Below are positions 26,390-36,997 of a stretch of DNA of 54,005 bases, in pieces. Within the stretch, counting starts at the first letter, position 1. Each line of letters begins with the position of its first letter. The translations under genes and the position numbers were made by a program. Under the pieces are notes generated by a model that was not told the DNA's origin, did no database searches, and saw only the letters and a program-made list of their open reading frames with translations. Origin of the DNA: a virus (Duplodnaviria > Caudoviricetes); the IMG/VR virus record IMGVR_UViG_3300035135_002245, positions 1-54,005 of that record, one strand, 5' to 3'.

Positions 26390-29095
26390 TTAGAATCTTA
26401 ATTTTAAAGAAGCATTCCATGTACGTCCGAATCCGAACCATACTGAGTTTCTTGTATCGATTCCATTCCAAGTCTGTGAACTTCCATCAGCGTGGATGTT
26501 AGAGTTAGACTCGGCAATATAGTAAGTATCAAATAGATTATTTACGTTAACTCTAAATGTACTCTTTGTTCCGAATAAATCAAAACTATAAGTTGCACCT
26601 AAATCTGTTAATCCATATGATGGTAGTTTTAGTGCACCTAAATTATCAGGTTGTGTAAACTCTGAATCAGTAATTGAGTAATCTGCGTACAGATTATCTA
26701 CAAATCTATATCCTAAATCTACACTAAGGTTTTTACCAACCTTGTAATCAGCTTCAACATAAGATGTGAATTGTGCAGCATCACCAACTTTCGCATCTTT
26801 CAAGTACAATGTACCTGTTCCGATTTGTTCGTTGTTATCATCAAATAAAGCTGCTTCAAAATCTTTAGTATATCTCCAATCACCAACTGATAACATACCT
26901 TTTAATCTCAAGTTAGATGTTGGGTCATAAGTTGCCTCAACTTCTAAACCATTATGTACAACATCGATATCTTTGAATTGTGCAAATCCATCAACACCTT
27001 GTTGGTTAGATAAACTTCTTGTTACAAATCTATTACCCCATGTTGTAGAGTATAAGTTTACATTTGCTCTGAAGTTATTACTAACGAATCCATATCCTAA
27101 TTCAACAGATGTAATTTCCTCATTTTGTAAATCAGGATTAACTGTGTTTGCATAGTTAGGGAATACTCCATCAAAGTTTGGTTGTCTTGAAATAAATCCA
27201 GCATTAAAGAACACATTGTGTGAATCATTAATGTTGTAGTTAGCACCACCTTTTACATATCCACCACCAACATTTTTAGTTTCTGATTCTGGATTATCAG
27301 GTTGTGCAAAGTAATCAATTCTTTGGAAAGATTGATTAGATAAACCACCTTGTAATACAGCAGATACGATAGAGTTGTTATATTCAACTAAACCATTAAC
27401 ACCTTGCCAACCAACTTTACCAATATTATAGTAAGCGATTTTCGGGCCTCTGATACCTGTATTTTGGAAAGGATTAGCATCAACTAAAGTGTTGATAATT
27501 TGTCCTGCAGAGTTATCATTACCAGTTGAGTAATAACCATCTAATCCAAGAAGGTCGTTTAATACTCTGTAATGGTATCCTGTGTAGTTTCTCAAATCAA
27601 CACCAATCGAAGTTTTCCAATCTCCACTTTCATATTCTAAGTTAGAGATTGCTCCAACCCAGTCATGAGAGTTCATAGATGCTCTTCTAATCAAAGCACT
27701 TCTGTTCACACCATCTTCATTGAATCCATTAGAACCAATTAACTGACCACCGAATGGTAAATCACCAGTGTATGGGTCTGTATTTGATTGGTTAAATGCA
27801 ACTACTGCATCAAAATCAATGAATCCTTCAGGAGTTCTTGAACCTCTACCATTTTCTAAGTAGTGTTCAGTTAAATCCTTTCTGAAAGGTAAGATATCAG
27901 TTTCAGAGTTGTAGTAGTTTCTACCTCTTGGACCAGTTCCCCCACCTCTACCTGCTGAACCATATAATGATGTAGCAAGTTTTAGGTTTGAGTTAATATC
28001 CCAATCCCAATTCAGAGTTGCTAATGGTTTGTTGTAGAAGTTTCTTCTTAACGAATACTCTTCTCCATTTAAAATACCACCATTGGTATTCCATCTTCTA
28101 TCGATTCCTTCTTCACCAAAGTTTTGGTAATCTCTAATAGAAACCCAAACATCTCTTTGGTGGTGCCATTGTCCAGCACCTAAGAAAGAAAAGTTAACTG
28201 AGTGGTCTGAATCTTCAGGTGCATATCCTAATGCAAAGAAGTAAGTGTAACCCTCACCACTTGTATTATAGATATATCCATCACCTGCCCACTTTGAAAG
28301 TAATACAGATGTTGCCCATCCATTTTCATTTAGACCAGTTGAGTGAGCAACAGTAGTTTTTGTGTAACCATCGTTACCAAATACTTGTTGTACTGAACTA
28401 CCCTCTCTAGCCTCAGCTGCTTTTGTAAAAATTGAAACAGTTCCACCTACTGATGGTACTGCCAATTTCGAAGCTCCTAAACCTCTCTGTAATTGGATAC
28501 CACTTGCAACGTCTGTAAGACCTTGCCAGTTAGACCAATAAACCCATCCATTTTCCATATCATTAACAGGTTGACCGTTAATTAGGAAAGATGTGTTTCT
28601 TTGGTCGAATCCTCTCAAAGAGATTCTTGAATCACCATAACCACCACCTTGTTTAGTAGCATAAACACCTGGTGTTTTGTTCATGATTTCTGGAAACTCT
28701 TGGTTTCCAACTTTAAGAGCAATTTCTCTTGGTGAAATCGTAGATACTGCTACAGGAGTTTCTCTCACTTTTGCAATATCGATTACACCGGAACTAACTA
28801 CTACTTCACCGAGTACATTCAAATCAGGTGTTAAACCTACATTTGTTTCTACACTTGCGGCTACTACTGCAGTTTCGTATCCTAAATAAGAAACAACAAG
28901 TGCTTCTCCTTCGCTAACATCTAAAGTAAACGTGCCATCAAAACCAGAGACCGTTCCATCGGATGTTCCTTCAATGATAATGGTTGCACCAGGCAGTGCA
29001 TCACCAGTTTCACTGTCAAATACTTTCCCACTAATTTGTGCAAAAGTAGTGATACTTGTTAAAAGCATCATTCCAACTAATAATAGTTTTCTCAT
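26390..29095 (-). CDS. TonB-dependent receptor, Bacteroidota type (CarboxypepD_reg-like N-domain, plug, barrel)
   Basis: Signal peptide; ISGKVFD...LPGATI; LGEVVV TonB-box region; plug motifs TPGVY, ISLRGF, LINGQP; ends GRTWNASLKLRF. Confidence 0.93.
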   Translation of the reverse strand: MRKLLLVGMMLLTSITTFAQISGKVFDSETGDALPGATIIIEGTSDGTVSGFDGTFTLDVSEGEALVVSYLGYETAVVAASVETNVGLTPDLNVLGEVVVSSGVIDIAKVRETPVAVSTISPREIALKVGNQEFPEIMNKTPGVYATKQGGGYGDSRISLRGFDQRNTSFLINGQPVNDMENGWVYWSNWQGLTDVASGIQLQRGLGASKLAVPSVGGTVSIFTKAAEAREGSSVQQVFGNDGYTKTTVAHSTGLNENGWATSVLLSKWAGDGYIYNTSGEGYTYFFALGYAPEDSDHSVNFSFLGAGQWHHQRDVWVSIRDYQNFGEEGIDRRWNTNGGILNGEEYSLRRNFYNKPLATLNWDWDINSNLKLATSLYGSAGRGGGTGPRGRNYYNSETDILPFRKDLTEHYLENGRGSRTPEGFIDFDAVVAFNQSNTDPYTGDLPFGGQLIGSNGFNEDGVNRSALIRRASMNSHDWVGAISNLEYESGDWKTSIGVDLRNYTGYHYRVLNDLLGLDGYYSTGNDNSAGQIINTLVDANPFQNTGIRGPKIAYYNIGKVGWQGVNGLVEYNNSIVSAVLQGGLSNQSFQRIDYFAQPDNPESETKNVGGGYVKGGANYNINDSHNVFFNAGFISRQPNFDGVFPNYANTVNPDLQNEEITSVELGYGFVSNNFRANVNLYSTTWGNRFVTRSLSNQQGVDGFAQFKDIDVVHNGLEVEATYDPTSNLRLKGMLSVGDWRYTKDFEAALFDDNNEQIGTGTLYLKDAKVGDAAQFTSYVEADYKVGKNLSVDLGYRFVDNLYADYSITDSEFTQPDNLGALKLPSYGLTDLGATYSFDLFGTKSTFRVNVNNLFDTYYIAESNSNIHADGSSQTWNGIDTRNSVWFGFGRTWNASLKLRF

Positions 29096-29182
29096 AATAA
29101 TTATTTAAAAATTAAATTAAATTTAGTAACCTATACTCCTCACAAGTATTTTTTTATGTCCAGTTACTATGGACAATTTCTT

Positions 29183-29632
29183 TTATATTTTAAGTTTTAA
29201 TTTTGTTATTTGTTTTTTATCTACTCCGTATTTTTCACAGATGTATTTTATATTTTCTCTTCCCTCTCTTGTTGCATAAAGTATTTCACAGTACTCTTCT
29301 GCCTGTAGTTTAGATACTTGAAAATCTTGTTTAATAATATCCACTAGAAACTCTTCGTATTTGTTTACTTTTTTTCCTTTGACATATTTTAGATAGTATC
29401 TACCTTTTGGTATGATATTAATCAAAGCCAAATAATATTGTTTTGGACTTAATCTTTCGGTATATGGTTGTAAATCTGCTATGGTTGTAATCCAATCTGG
29501 ATTCATGGATAAGAATCTTTGTACCATGTAATTACTCCATGTTTTCTTATCACCATCTTCAAGTTTATCCCAATAGTTTGGGTCTTGAAATTGTGTAACT
29601 GCTTTTATGTGGTCAAATAAACTTTTTGCCAT
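29183..29632 (-). CDS. Clamp loader small subunit (T4 gp62-like)
   Basis: SLFDHIKA, YMVQRFLSM and IIPKGRYYLKYVK patterns; located near the clamp loader ATPase. Confidence 0.7.
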   Translation of the reverse strand: MAKSLFDHIKAVTQFQDPNYWDKLEDGDKKTWSNYMVQRFLSMNPDWITTIADLQPYTERLSPKQYYLALINIIPKGRYYLKYVKGKKVNKYEEFLVDIIKQDFQVSKLQAEEYCEILYATREGRENIKYICEKYGVDKKQITKLKLKI

Positions 29633-30194
29633 CTGTAAATAATTCTTTTATTCTTTCTTTAAAATTAATATACCCTTTCTTAGCATTTTCTTCCCATTTT
29701 GATGAATCACCATCATCACTTATCCACTTGAATGAGTATAATAGTTTGTTATAACGAGAACAAACTTGTGCAATAGAATATAATTCCATATCAACAATAT
29801 CACACTTCTTAATCATCTCTAAGTATTTCTCAGCATAATCTGTTCTATGTTTATCGTAAAATTGGTCTGTTGAAAAACATTTGATATCTGATTTACCTTG
29901 AAGAGTTATGGCACCCAATCCATGAAAAGGGGTGTATCCATATTCAGCAAAAGGTCTTACATCTATATTATTGTAGACCTTACCAACTGTAAGTACTTCT
30001 CCTATCTTATGATTTTGTAGATTACCACAAGAACCGAAATTAATTACATGGGATGGATTATATTTCTCAATCAATCGTGTTGTATTCATAGCAGCATTTA
30101 TTTTACCAACTCCTATGATGTGAATCTCACTTCCAAATATTTCTAGCTCTTGATGTTCTAACTCAGTTGCAGATAAAAATAAATACTTACTCAT
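29613..30194 (-). CDS. mtnN: MTA/SAH nucleosidase (PNP_UDP_1 family)
   Basis: GVGKINAA, INFGSCG, TDQF, VDME and KWISD motifs. Confidence 0.8.
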   Translation of the reverse strand: MSKYLFLSATELEHQELEIFGSEIHIIGVGKINAAMNTTRLIEKYNPSHVINFGSCGNLQNHKIGEVLTVGKVYNNIDVRPFAEYGYTPFHGLGAITLQGKSDIKCFSTDQFYDKHRTDYAEKYLEMIKKCDIVDMELYSIAQVCSRYNKLLYSFKWISDDGDSSKWEENAKKGYINFKERIKELFTDGKKFI

Positions 30195-30681
30195 ATGAAA
30201 TTAAACTTTTGACATCATAACCTTCGTAAAGACCTATATCTAACAAACATAATTTATCGGTAACTTCTAATCCATGTAGTTTACATAAATCTTCTGCTGC
30301 AGTAATTGTACCGCCTGTTGCAAGTACATCATCTACAATTACACAAGTTCCTAAATCATGTTGTGGAATATATGCCATTTCCAATTCATCCTTACCATAC
30401 TCTAATCCATACTTTACTGAAAATAATCTACTGTTTGGTAATTTACCTTTTTTACGAATCATCCTAATACCACCACCAAAGTGAAATGCAAGTGCAGATG
30501 CGAATATAAATCCTCGTGATTCAATCCCAACCCAATAGTTTGGAATTTCAACAAGGTCACCCATATCTTTTATTGCTGATTCGAAGGCAACTGTATTTGC
30601 CATTAGTGGTTGAATATCTTTGTACTGAATACCTTTGATTGGAAAATCAGGTATGTTTTCAATATACTCTTTGTAGTCCAT
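30187..30681 (-). CDS. apt: Adenine phosphoribosyltransferase
   Basis: PDFPIKGIQYKDI, GIESRGF, RKKGKLP, YGLEYG and IVDDVLATGGT motifs. Confidence 0.93.
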   Translation of the reverse strand: MDYKEYIENIPDFPIKGIQYKDIQPLMANTVAFESAIKDMGDLVEIPNYWVGIESRGFIFASALAFHFGGGIRMIRKKGKLPNSRLFSVKYGLEYGKDELEMAYIPQHDLGTCVIVDDVLATGGTITAAEDLCKLHGLEVTDKLCLLDIGLYEGYDVKSLISYE

Positions 30682-30944
30682 TACTTATCTAAATCTTGTA
30701 ATTCTTTTGGTATAAATGCCTTGTGTACCTCACCACATTCCCCACATAAATATACTTCAATTGGAATAACGACATCTTGTGGTGTACCAGTTACAATTTT
30801 AGATATTGTTCTAAACTTTGTGCCTGGTATGAATACATCAAAACCACAGTTTTCACATACCATTGGTTTAGATTTTTTGATATCAAGTTGAGGTTGTTTT
30901 GGTGGTGGTGTATTTGCACCATCCATTCCTATAATTTTAGCCAT
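30681..30944 (-). CDS. Small zinc-ribbon protein
   Basis: CENCG...CGECG. Confidence 0.7.
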   Translation of the reverse strand: MAKIIGMDGANTPPPKQPQLDIKKSKPMVCENCGFDVFIPGTKFRTISKIVTGTPQDVVIPIEVYLCGECGEVHKAFIPKELQDLDK

Positions 30945-31897
30945 TACTTATTTGTTAAATTTAATAATTCTATCATCAATGCCATAAATTGTATTTCTTT
31001 ATCAACTACTAAGGCATCTTTATATTGTCTTTCAGATAATGTTAATATAACATTTGCAGTACTTCCTTCAGCATAATCATCTACTTTTTCATAGAAGTAA
31101 GAATATAAATCAGTAAAATCTTGGATTCTAGCATCGGCAACTGATTGTCTGATTTTCATATATTTGTTTCTCTTATCATCTTTAGATACGAATATTTCTA
31201 CTAGTTTGGATTTCAAATCTCCTTCAATAACATTATTAGTATCTATTTTTAATTCACCTTTATGTGTACTTAGTTGACAAGTATTGATAATCTTTCTAAT
31301 ATCAGGATAAGATGCATCTATAATTGGTACAAGAGTTTTTGGCTCATATGTAACTCCTTCTGAACCTAAAATTTGTGAGATTTGAACTGCAACATCTTTT
31401 TTAGTTGGTGGTACAATCTGAAACTCTTGTGTTCTACTTCTGATAGGTGAGATGATTTTCTCAACATAATTACAAGTTAAGATAAATCTACAATGTTTTG
31501 AGAATGTTTCCATCAAGTTTCTAAGGATTGCCTGTGCATTTGGTGTCATATAATCAAACTCATCAAGTATTACAACTTTCAAATCTTTGAATCCTATTGT
31601 TGATGCAAAACCTTTTACTTTATTTCTAACTGTATCTACATTGTTCTCATCAGATGCGTTGATGATAATATGGTCACAATCTATCGAATTAACAATAAGT
31701 TTTGCAAGTGTAGTTTTACCTGTACCTGCTTTACCAAAAAATAAGAGGTGAGGAATATCACCACTTTCTAAATAACCTTCTACTTTTGATTTGAGATGTT
31801 CATTACCAACATATTCTTTCAATACTTGTGGTCTGTACTTCTCTACCCATAAAGAATTATTTACTTCTTTGTTTGTTGTATCTTTAAAGAAACTCAT
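30944..31897 (-). CDS. Clamp loader AAA+ subunit (RFC small / T4 gp44-like)
   Basis: WVEKYRP, GKAGTGKT, INASD, LDEFD, AQAILR and SR motifs. Confidence 0.95.
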   Translation of the reverse strand: MSFFKDTTNKEVNNSLWVEKYRPQVLKEYVGNEHLKSKVEGYLESGDIPHLLFFGKAGTGKTTLAKLIVNSIDCDHIIINASDENNVDTVRNKVKGFASTIGFKDLKVVILDEFDYMTPNAQAILRNLMETFSKHCRFILTCNYVEKIISPIRSRTQEFQIVPPTKKDVAVQISQILGSEGVTYEPKTLVPIIDASYPDIRKIINTCQLSTHKGELKIDTNNVIEGDLKSKLVEIFVSKDDKRNKYMKIRQSVADARIQDFTDLYSYFYEKVDDYAEGSTANVILTLSERQYKDALVVDKEIQFMALMIELLNLTNK

Positions 31898-31898
31898 A

Positions 31899-32078
31899 TT
31901 ATGCTATATCTGTTGTGTAACCTTGATTTTCTAAATCTTTTAGGTTATATTCATGTTTATCTTTTTTTACCTTTGATAAGGTATCTTTTAAATGGTCAAA
32001 TTGTGCAGGAGTCATATTATATTGGTGTACTCCTTCAACAAATCCCCTCAACCATTGTACGAATTCTGATTCAGTCAT
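31899..32078 (-). CDS. 59 aa hypothetical protein
   Basis: Manual translation MTESEFVQWLRGFVEGVHQYNMTPAQFDHLKDTLSKV...; fills the gap exactly. Confidence 0.65.
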   Translation of the reverse strand: MTESEFVQWLRGFVEGVHQYNMTPAQFDHLKDTLSKVKKDKHEYNLKDLENQGYTTDIA

Positions 32079-32081
32079 ATT

Positions 32082-33710
32082 TTATTTTTTATGGAACACG
32101 AAAATCGGTTCGAATTTATATTGTTTACCATTATGTTCTACTGAATTTTTAATACCACTTTTAGATGGGTCTAATCCAACCATTCGTGTCATTAACATTT
32201 TCAGTTTACCTTTATATTCACAACCCAAATCTTTTAAGATATCAATAGAATCTTGTTCTAATGGATAATAAACTGATTTACCAATCTTGATATCAGCAAT
32301 ATTCCAAAGAATATATCTATCCTTCTTTAAATATTCGTATATAGTTGTTAGCGTAGGTTTTAAGAAGTTATCTCTCCAATCCTCATACTCACCATAGGCT
32401 TTGAACGATTGGTTCTCATCTTGTGAATATTGTTCTCTGTTAAAGTATGGTGGTGAAGTAAATGCAATATCTAATTTACCTTTATACTTTTGGAACTTTG
32501 GATTGTTTTGAATCAACTCCGAACCATCTTGAAATAGTTCGTAAGTATTACCTTGTTTTTCTACATTAAAAAATGATGTAAGTTTATCTGAGAAATCATC
32601 TACACAATTATCATTGTAAAACTTAGCAACATATTCATAACGAGAAATACCTAATTCATCCAAGAAGTTATCTGGATTAGGGTCTGTACCAACATAGTGA
32701 ACTTTCTTACGAGAACTCATAGCTCCGATGATTCTACCACCCCAACCACTTGATGAATCATAAATATGTAATGGTTCATCAGTATCAATGTGATTAGTAT
32801 AGTTTTCGTAAATCCACTTTGCAGTTAGTGCAGGAAAGTTTACTGCTGGTTGTCCACAACTCAATCTGAACACTTGTAATATCTTAGGAAAGATACCATC
32901 TGTTTTATCATACCAACGAATAAGGTATTTGTATTCTGTAACTGTTCCTGCTTCTGAGGTTGTTGATTCAACAATATCACCAAGATTTGATATTTGTGTT
33001 TTATCTAAGTAACCTGTTGCAACTAAACCATTTACTTCTGCAGCATCTAAATATAGATTTCCAAATCCTTGATATTGTTCATTGAATGTTCCATAGTTTT
33101 TTAATGTGGATGTTTTAACTTTTGCAAGTACGATACCTAAATCTTTATACTTTCCTTTAAAAACTTTTCCATCGTGAACATCTTTGATAAATTCAGAACC
33201 ACTCTGTCCATCCCAAAAAGGATTCTCATCTTTTTTATCTACGATTGAACGAGACCAAGAGTACATAGAATCTCTTTTAACTGCTCGTTTCATAATACGA
33301 ACAAACTTATCTTCTAACTCTGGGTCTGAAAAATGGTCGTAGATAGATAATCCACCTTCTGCAGATTTACCACTTGAAATCTTTGTTTTTAACATTGTAG
33401 GAAAAAACTGATTTACAACTGATGCATCTTTGTTAAAGTTTTGGATGATACCCAATGATTCTTCATCACCAGTTTTATCTTTTACCCAATACTTCGCAGG
33501 ATTTGATTTTAGTTTCTTAAATGATTTTACGATACCTTTTTCATCTTTACCAATGACAGGTGGAGTTCCTCTTTCATCCCATTGTTCAGTTACTTCTTTA
33601 CGAAGTAAACGAGCCCATGCTACGAACTCATCATCAGTCATTTGTAATAACTTATGATAAGACGTATTTGACTCGAACTCTGAAAATTTACTCCTTTCGT
33701 AAAAGTGCAT
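32082..33710 (-). CDS. Amino (N4-C/N6-A) DNA methyltransferase-like protein, SPPY type
   Basis: Motif I DSSSGWGGR, motif IV FTSPPYF and C-terminal EPIFVF. Confidence 0.8.
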   Translation of the reverse strand: MHFYERSKFSEFESNTSYHKLLQMTDDEFVAWARLLRKEVTEQWDERGTPPVIGKDEKGIVKSFKKLKSNPAKYWVKDKTGDEESLGIIQNFNKDASVVNQFFPTMLKTKISSGKSAEGGLSIYDHFSDPELEDKFVRIMKRAVKRDSMYSWSRSIVDKKDENPFWDGQSGSEFIKDVHDGKVFKGKYKDLGIVLAKVKTSTLKNYGTFNEQYQGFGNLYLDAAEVNGLVATGYLDKTQISNLGDIVESTTSEAGTVTEYKYLIRWYDKTDGIFPKILQVFRLSCGQPAVNFPALTAKWIYENYTNHIDTDEPLHIYDSSSGWGGRIIGAMSSRKKVHYVGTDPNPDNFLDELGISRYEYVAKFYNDNCVDDFSDKLTSFFNVEKQGNTYELFQDGSELIQNNPKFQKYKGKLDIAFTSPPYFNREQYSQDENQSFKAYGEYEDWRDNFLKPTLTTIYEYLKKDRYILWNIADIKIGKSVYYPLEQDSIDILKDLGCEYKGKLKMLMTRMVGLDPSKSGIKNSVEHNGKQYKFEPIFVFHKK

Positions 33711-34423
33711 TATGATTGTATTTGAACTAAATAGTAATCTGATTTAAATTCATCAACTTCAAATGAAATGTGAGCCAATCCATCAGAAGATATTTTTAGT
33801 GTTGCATCTTTTGCCTCTTTGTTAGCAACTAAAATTTCTTTCAAGAAGTTTGCTGAGAAAGAGATTGGTTCTACATCACCATCACAAGTACAATCTACAG
33901 CAATATTAATTCTGTTTGTATTGATGTTTGAGTGTCCTAAAATAATTTTTCCACTATTATCTTTACAAGTGAATGTAAAATTATTCTCATCTGGTAATGC
34001 TGATTTTGCTCTGATGAATCTATTAATGAATACATCATCTAAGTTAATTGTAATATTAAACTCAGGTAATTGTTTTAAATCTGGTACAGAAGGGATAACC
34101 GATAAATCAGCCAACATATAGTTTACTGAAGTTGAACCATCTTTAAATTTAAGTGAAATTGCTTTATCATCTGTTTTTGTAATATCGAAATCGATATCAT
34201 CTGATAAAACACCTAACATTTTTGTTAGTTTTGTTGTGTCATAAACTCCAAATGTTGAATCATCAAATCCAAAATCTGAAAGTGTTACAGTTCCTAGAAC
34301 TGATTTGTCATCCGAAATGAATGAAGTAGATAGTGAACCTTCTTTTGATTCCCATTTTACAGATTCTACTAAACCTGCCAAGTTGTACTTCGATACGAAG
34401 CGATTGATTCTTGATTTTTCCAT
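33710..34423 (-). CDS. DNA polymerase sliding clamp (gp45/PCNA-like)
   Basis: 237 aa directly downstream of polB; FGVYD..KL, FSANFLKEIL and YYLV patterns. Confidence 0.75.
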   Translation of the reverse strand: MEKSRINRFVSKYNLAGLVESVKWESKEGSLSTSFISDDKSVLGTVTLSDFGFDDSTFGVYDTTKLTKMLGVLSDDIDFDITKTDDKAISLKFKDGSTSVNYMLADLSVIPSVPDLKQLPEFNITINLDDVFINRFIRAKSALPDENNFTFTCKDNSGKIILGHSNINTNRINIAVDCTCDGDVEPISFSANFLKEILVANKEAKDATLKISSDGLAHISFEVDEFKSDYYLVQIQS

Positions 34424-34473
34424 GTATTAAAAATTTAGATTATTAAGTTTTATCATATATAAATATATAAAGT

Positions 34474-36996
34474 TTACGAAAACGAAAAGAATTTTTCTGC
34501 CGTTTTTTGTTCTGAAATTACATCTCCCCAACCGATTGCATCATAGAAATCTTGAAGTTTTTTTCTTAGTTCTCTTTCAAATATTTTGTTGTGGTCAACA
34601 TAGGTTTGAATGAACTTATTTACTTCTGGTGGGTCTGAGTAACCTGTGAATCCTAATCCATCTAATCCTAGTGGATTATTCTTTAGGTAAACCCATTTTA
34701 TCTTATCACCATCCCTCATGGGTTCATACTTGAATGGTGCATTAAAGTGTCTCAAACAATCGTTGTACATAATTGCTGCTTTTACATGAGCAGGAGTACC
34801 TTTCATGATTGAGAATAATTGTCTTTTACCTTTCTTTGGTAGATATTTTGTTATGTTCTTAACAGCTGAATTCTTTGCGATATCTTTTATATCTAACTCA
34901 ACCATTAATTTTTTAAATTTTAGAACCTTATCTGATATTTGTTCTTCTGTTTCACCTCGTAGAATCGATATAAGAACATCTGACATGATTTCTTGGAATG
35001 CCTTAGGGAAACTACTTCGTTTAACATCTAATCCCTTTACATCTAATTTATCAACAGGTACTCCATTATCTGAAATAATCCATTGAGCATATCTTTTCTT
35101 GGCAATCCACAATCCAGCCTTTGCAACATATTCTTTTTTGATTTCTAATCTATGTTTATCTTTATCAACATTAAAAATCTTTTGTGAAAGTATATCATAG
35201 AAATCATTAAGATAATCTTGCATTTCTTCAGCAATCTCATTTACGAAACCAGCGATTGTATCTTGGTCATTATCTTGCCAGTTCGGAATTCTTTTATCCA
35301 TCAATGGTACTGCAGAGAAAAATACAGAATCAGTATCGATATAGATATTAGAATCAGCATCAGGTGTATTCAACTCTTTGTTGTATTTGATATTACCCAT
35401 ATCTGCAGTAGATTTAATCACAGTTTGACCTGTGGTTGTAACTGCTTCAGCATTATCAATATCATAGAATCTAAACGCAGGTAATCCTAATACACCATAT
35501 AATGAGTTAAGTAGAATCTTTTGTACCAACTGTCTTTTATGAAAGAATGCATATTTTTCTTTGTTACCAGCCTTACCATACTTCTTCATCTCATTTTTAT
35601 ATTCAACCCTTTGTTGAAACCATAAATCAAGAATACCTGGAATACATCCTACTTCATCAGTACGATAGAGTACACCATTTGATGATACTGAGAATTTACT
35701 ATCATTAAGATATTCTTTTAAATTATCTTTTGTAATTGTATCATCACCAATATTGTAAGTATCAACTTCACCTTTTAAAAACTTATTCGAATCCCAATCA
35801 TGAATCTTGGCAACTTTAGTTTCAGGTGAAATATTAAGAGTCATAATGATTGATGGATATAGAGATGTTAAATCCAAATCATATACCCAATCATATTTTC
35901 CAACAATAGGGTCTTTCACATATGCACCGATGAACTTATCATCACCTCGTTCTTTCAAGGCTTCCATTCTTTCTCTTCTATCTGCAGGTTTATTAGGTGC
36001 AACTAAGTTTCTTCTTCTAAGATATGTAAGTAATGCACCTTCAAGATATTTTGAAGAGTAAACAAAATCTTCATATGGTACGTGTCCTGCATGACAGATA
36101 CCTCTACATAAATCGATGAACTGAAGTTTCTCATCTAATTCTACAACAATCTCAACATCCACTAAGTTGTACTCAATGAACTTATCTATATCATCTCTAA
36201 ATAATTGGTCAAGATTTCCTTGATACTCAATCTTACCTTTATTAATTTCTATCTGACCAACTGTATCTAATCGATAGTTTGGTAGTTCACCATAGTTGTA
36301 GTTCTTATATAGAGATATATAATCTAAGTAAGATACCCCAGCCATGAAGAATCTTTGTCTGTAAGGAGACCAGAAACACTCACCGATTGGTGATAATCTA
36401 TTTGCTTGTCTTTCACCCATCAAACGTTTGATTCTGTTATAAAGATATGGTGTATCAAAGTAATCAATATTCCAACCAGTAACGATTGAAGGATTAATCA
36501 TTTCATACAACTCTAAATACTTTTGTAATAAATCTCTTTCATCTTGGAATGGAAGAACGATTGCTTTATCAGTTTTCTTTTCAACCATCTTACCACTCTT
36601 ATCCATAACCAAAACCCAATATTGTTTGGTAGCAGAATCATGAAGTGCAATAGATGTGATTTCGTTTTCTGATTTCTGAGTATCTGGTAATCCACTTTCC
36701 ATCTCAACCTCAATATCATATGTGAGAACTACGTGTCCCTTTGAGATATCATCTGAATCAGAATATGTATCCACCAAAACTCTAGTAGTTTCAGCAACAT
36801 CTGATTCAAATAAATCTGGATTATCTTTTGAAAATTTATAAATCTTAGTTAGAGAATCTCCATAAATAGAACGATACTCTCCCCTATCAGCTTTTTCATA
36901 TGCATATCGTGTATAGGGGAAAGTTCTATATCCTAATTGGTCATCCCATAAGTGTATGAGATTTTTCTCTCTTTGGTAATAAATATTTTGGTACAA
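34474..36996 (-). CDS. Family B DNA polymerase
   Basis: Exonuclease motifs YDIE, TGWN..FD and YN..D; polymerase motifs DLTSLYPSII, KILLNSLYG and YIDTDS; TTG start. Confidence 0.97.
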   Translation of the reverse strand: MYQNIYYQREKNLIHLWDDQLGYRTFPYTRYAYEKADRGEYRSIYGDSLTKIYKFSKDNPDLFESDVAETTRVLVDTYSDSDDISKGHVVLTYDIEVEMESGLPDTQKSENEITSIALHDSATKQYWVLVMDKSGKMVEKKTDKAIVLPFQDERDLLQKYLELYEMINPSIVTGWNIDYFDTPYLYNRIKRLMGERQANRLSPIGECFWSPYRQRFFMAGVSYLDYISLYKNYNYGELPNYRLDTVGQIEINKGKIEYQGNLDQLFRDDIDKFIEYNLVDVEIVVELDEKLQFIDLCRGICHAGHVPYEDFVYSSKYLEGALLTYLRRRNLVAPNKPADRRERMEALKERGDDKFIGAYVKDPIVGKYDWVYDLDLTSLYPSIIMTLNISPETKVAKIHDWDSNKFLKGEVDTYNIGDDTITKDNLKEYLNDSKFSVSSNGVLYRTDEVGCIPGILDLWFQQRVEYKNEMKKYGKAGNKEKYAFFHKRQLVQKILLNSLYGVLGLPAFRFYDIDNAEAVTTTGQTVIKSTADMGNIKYNKELNTPDADSNIYIDTDSVFFSAVPLMDKRIPNWQDNDQDTIAGFVNEIAEEMQDYLNDFYDILSQKIFNVDKDKHRLEIKKEYVAKAGLWIAKKRYAQWIISDNGVPVDKLDVKGLDVKRSSFPKAFQEIMSDVLISILRGETEEQISDKVLKFKKLMVELDIKDIAKNSAVKNITKYLPKKGKRQLFSIMKGTPAHVKAAIMYNDCLRHFNAPFKYEPMRDGDKIKWVYLKNNPLGLDGLGFTGYSDPPEVNKFIQTYVDHNKIFERELRKKLQDFYDAIGWGDVISEQKTAEKFFSFS

Positions 36997-36997
36997 A

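Noticed and set aside
29150-29182. tgtcca/tggaca hairpin as a terminator or riboswitch before the TonB receptor
   Set aside because: Only a 6 bp stem, no U-tract on the coding strand, and no cobalamin or TPP riboswitch consensus.
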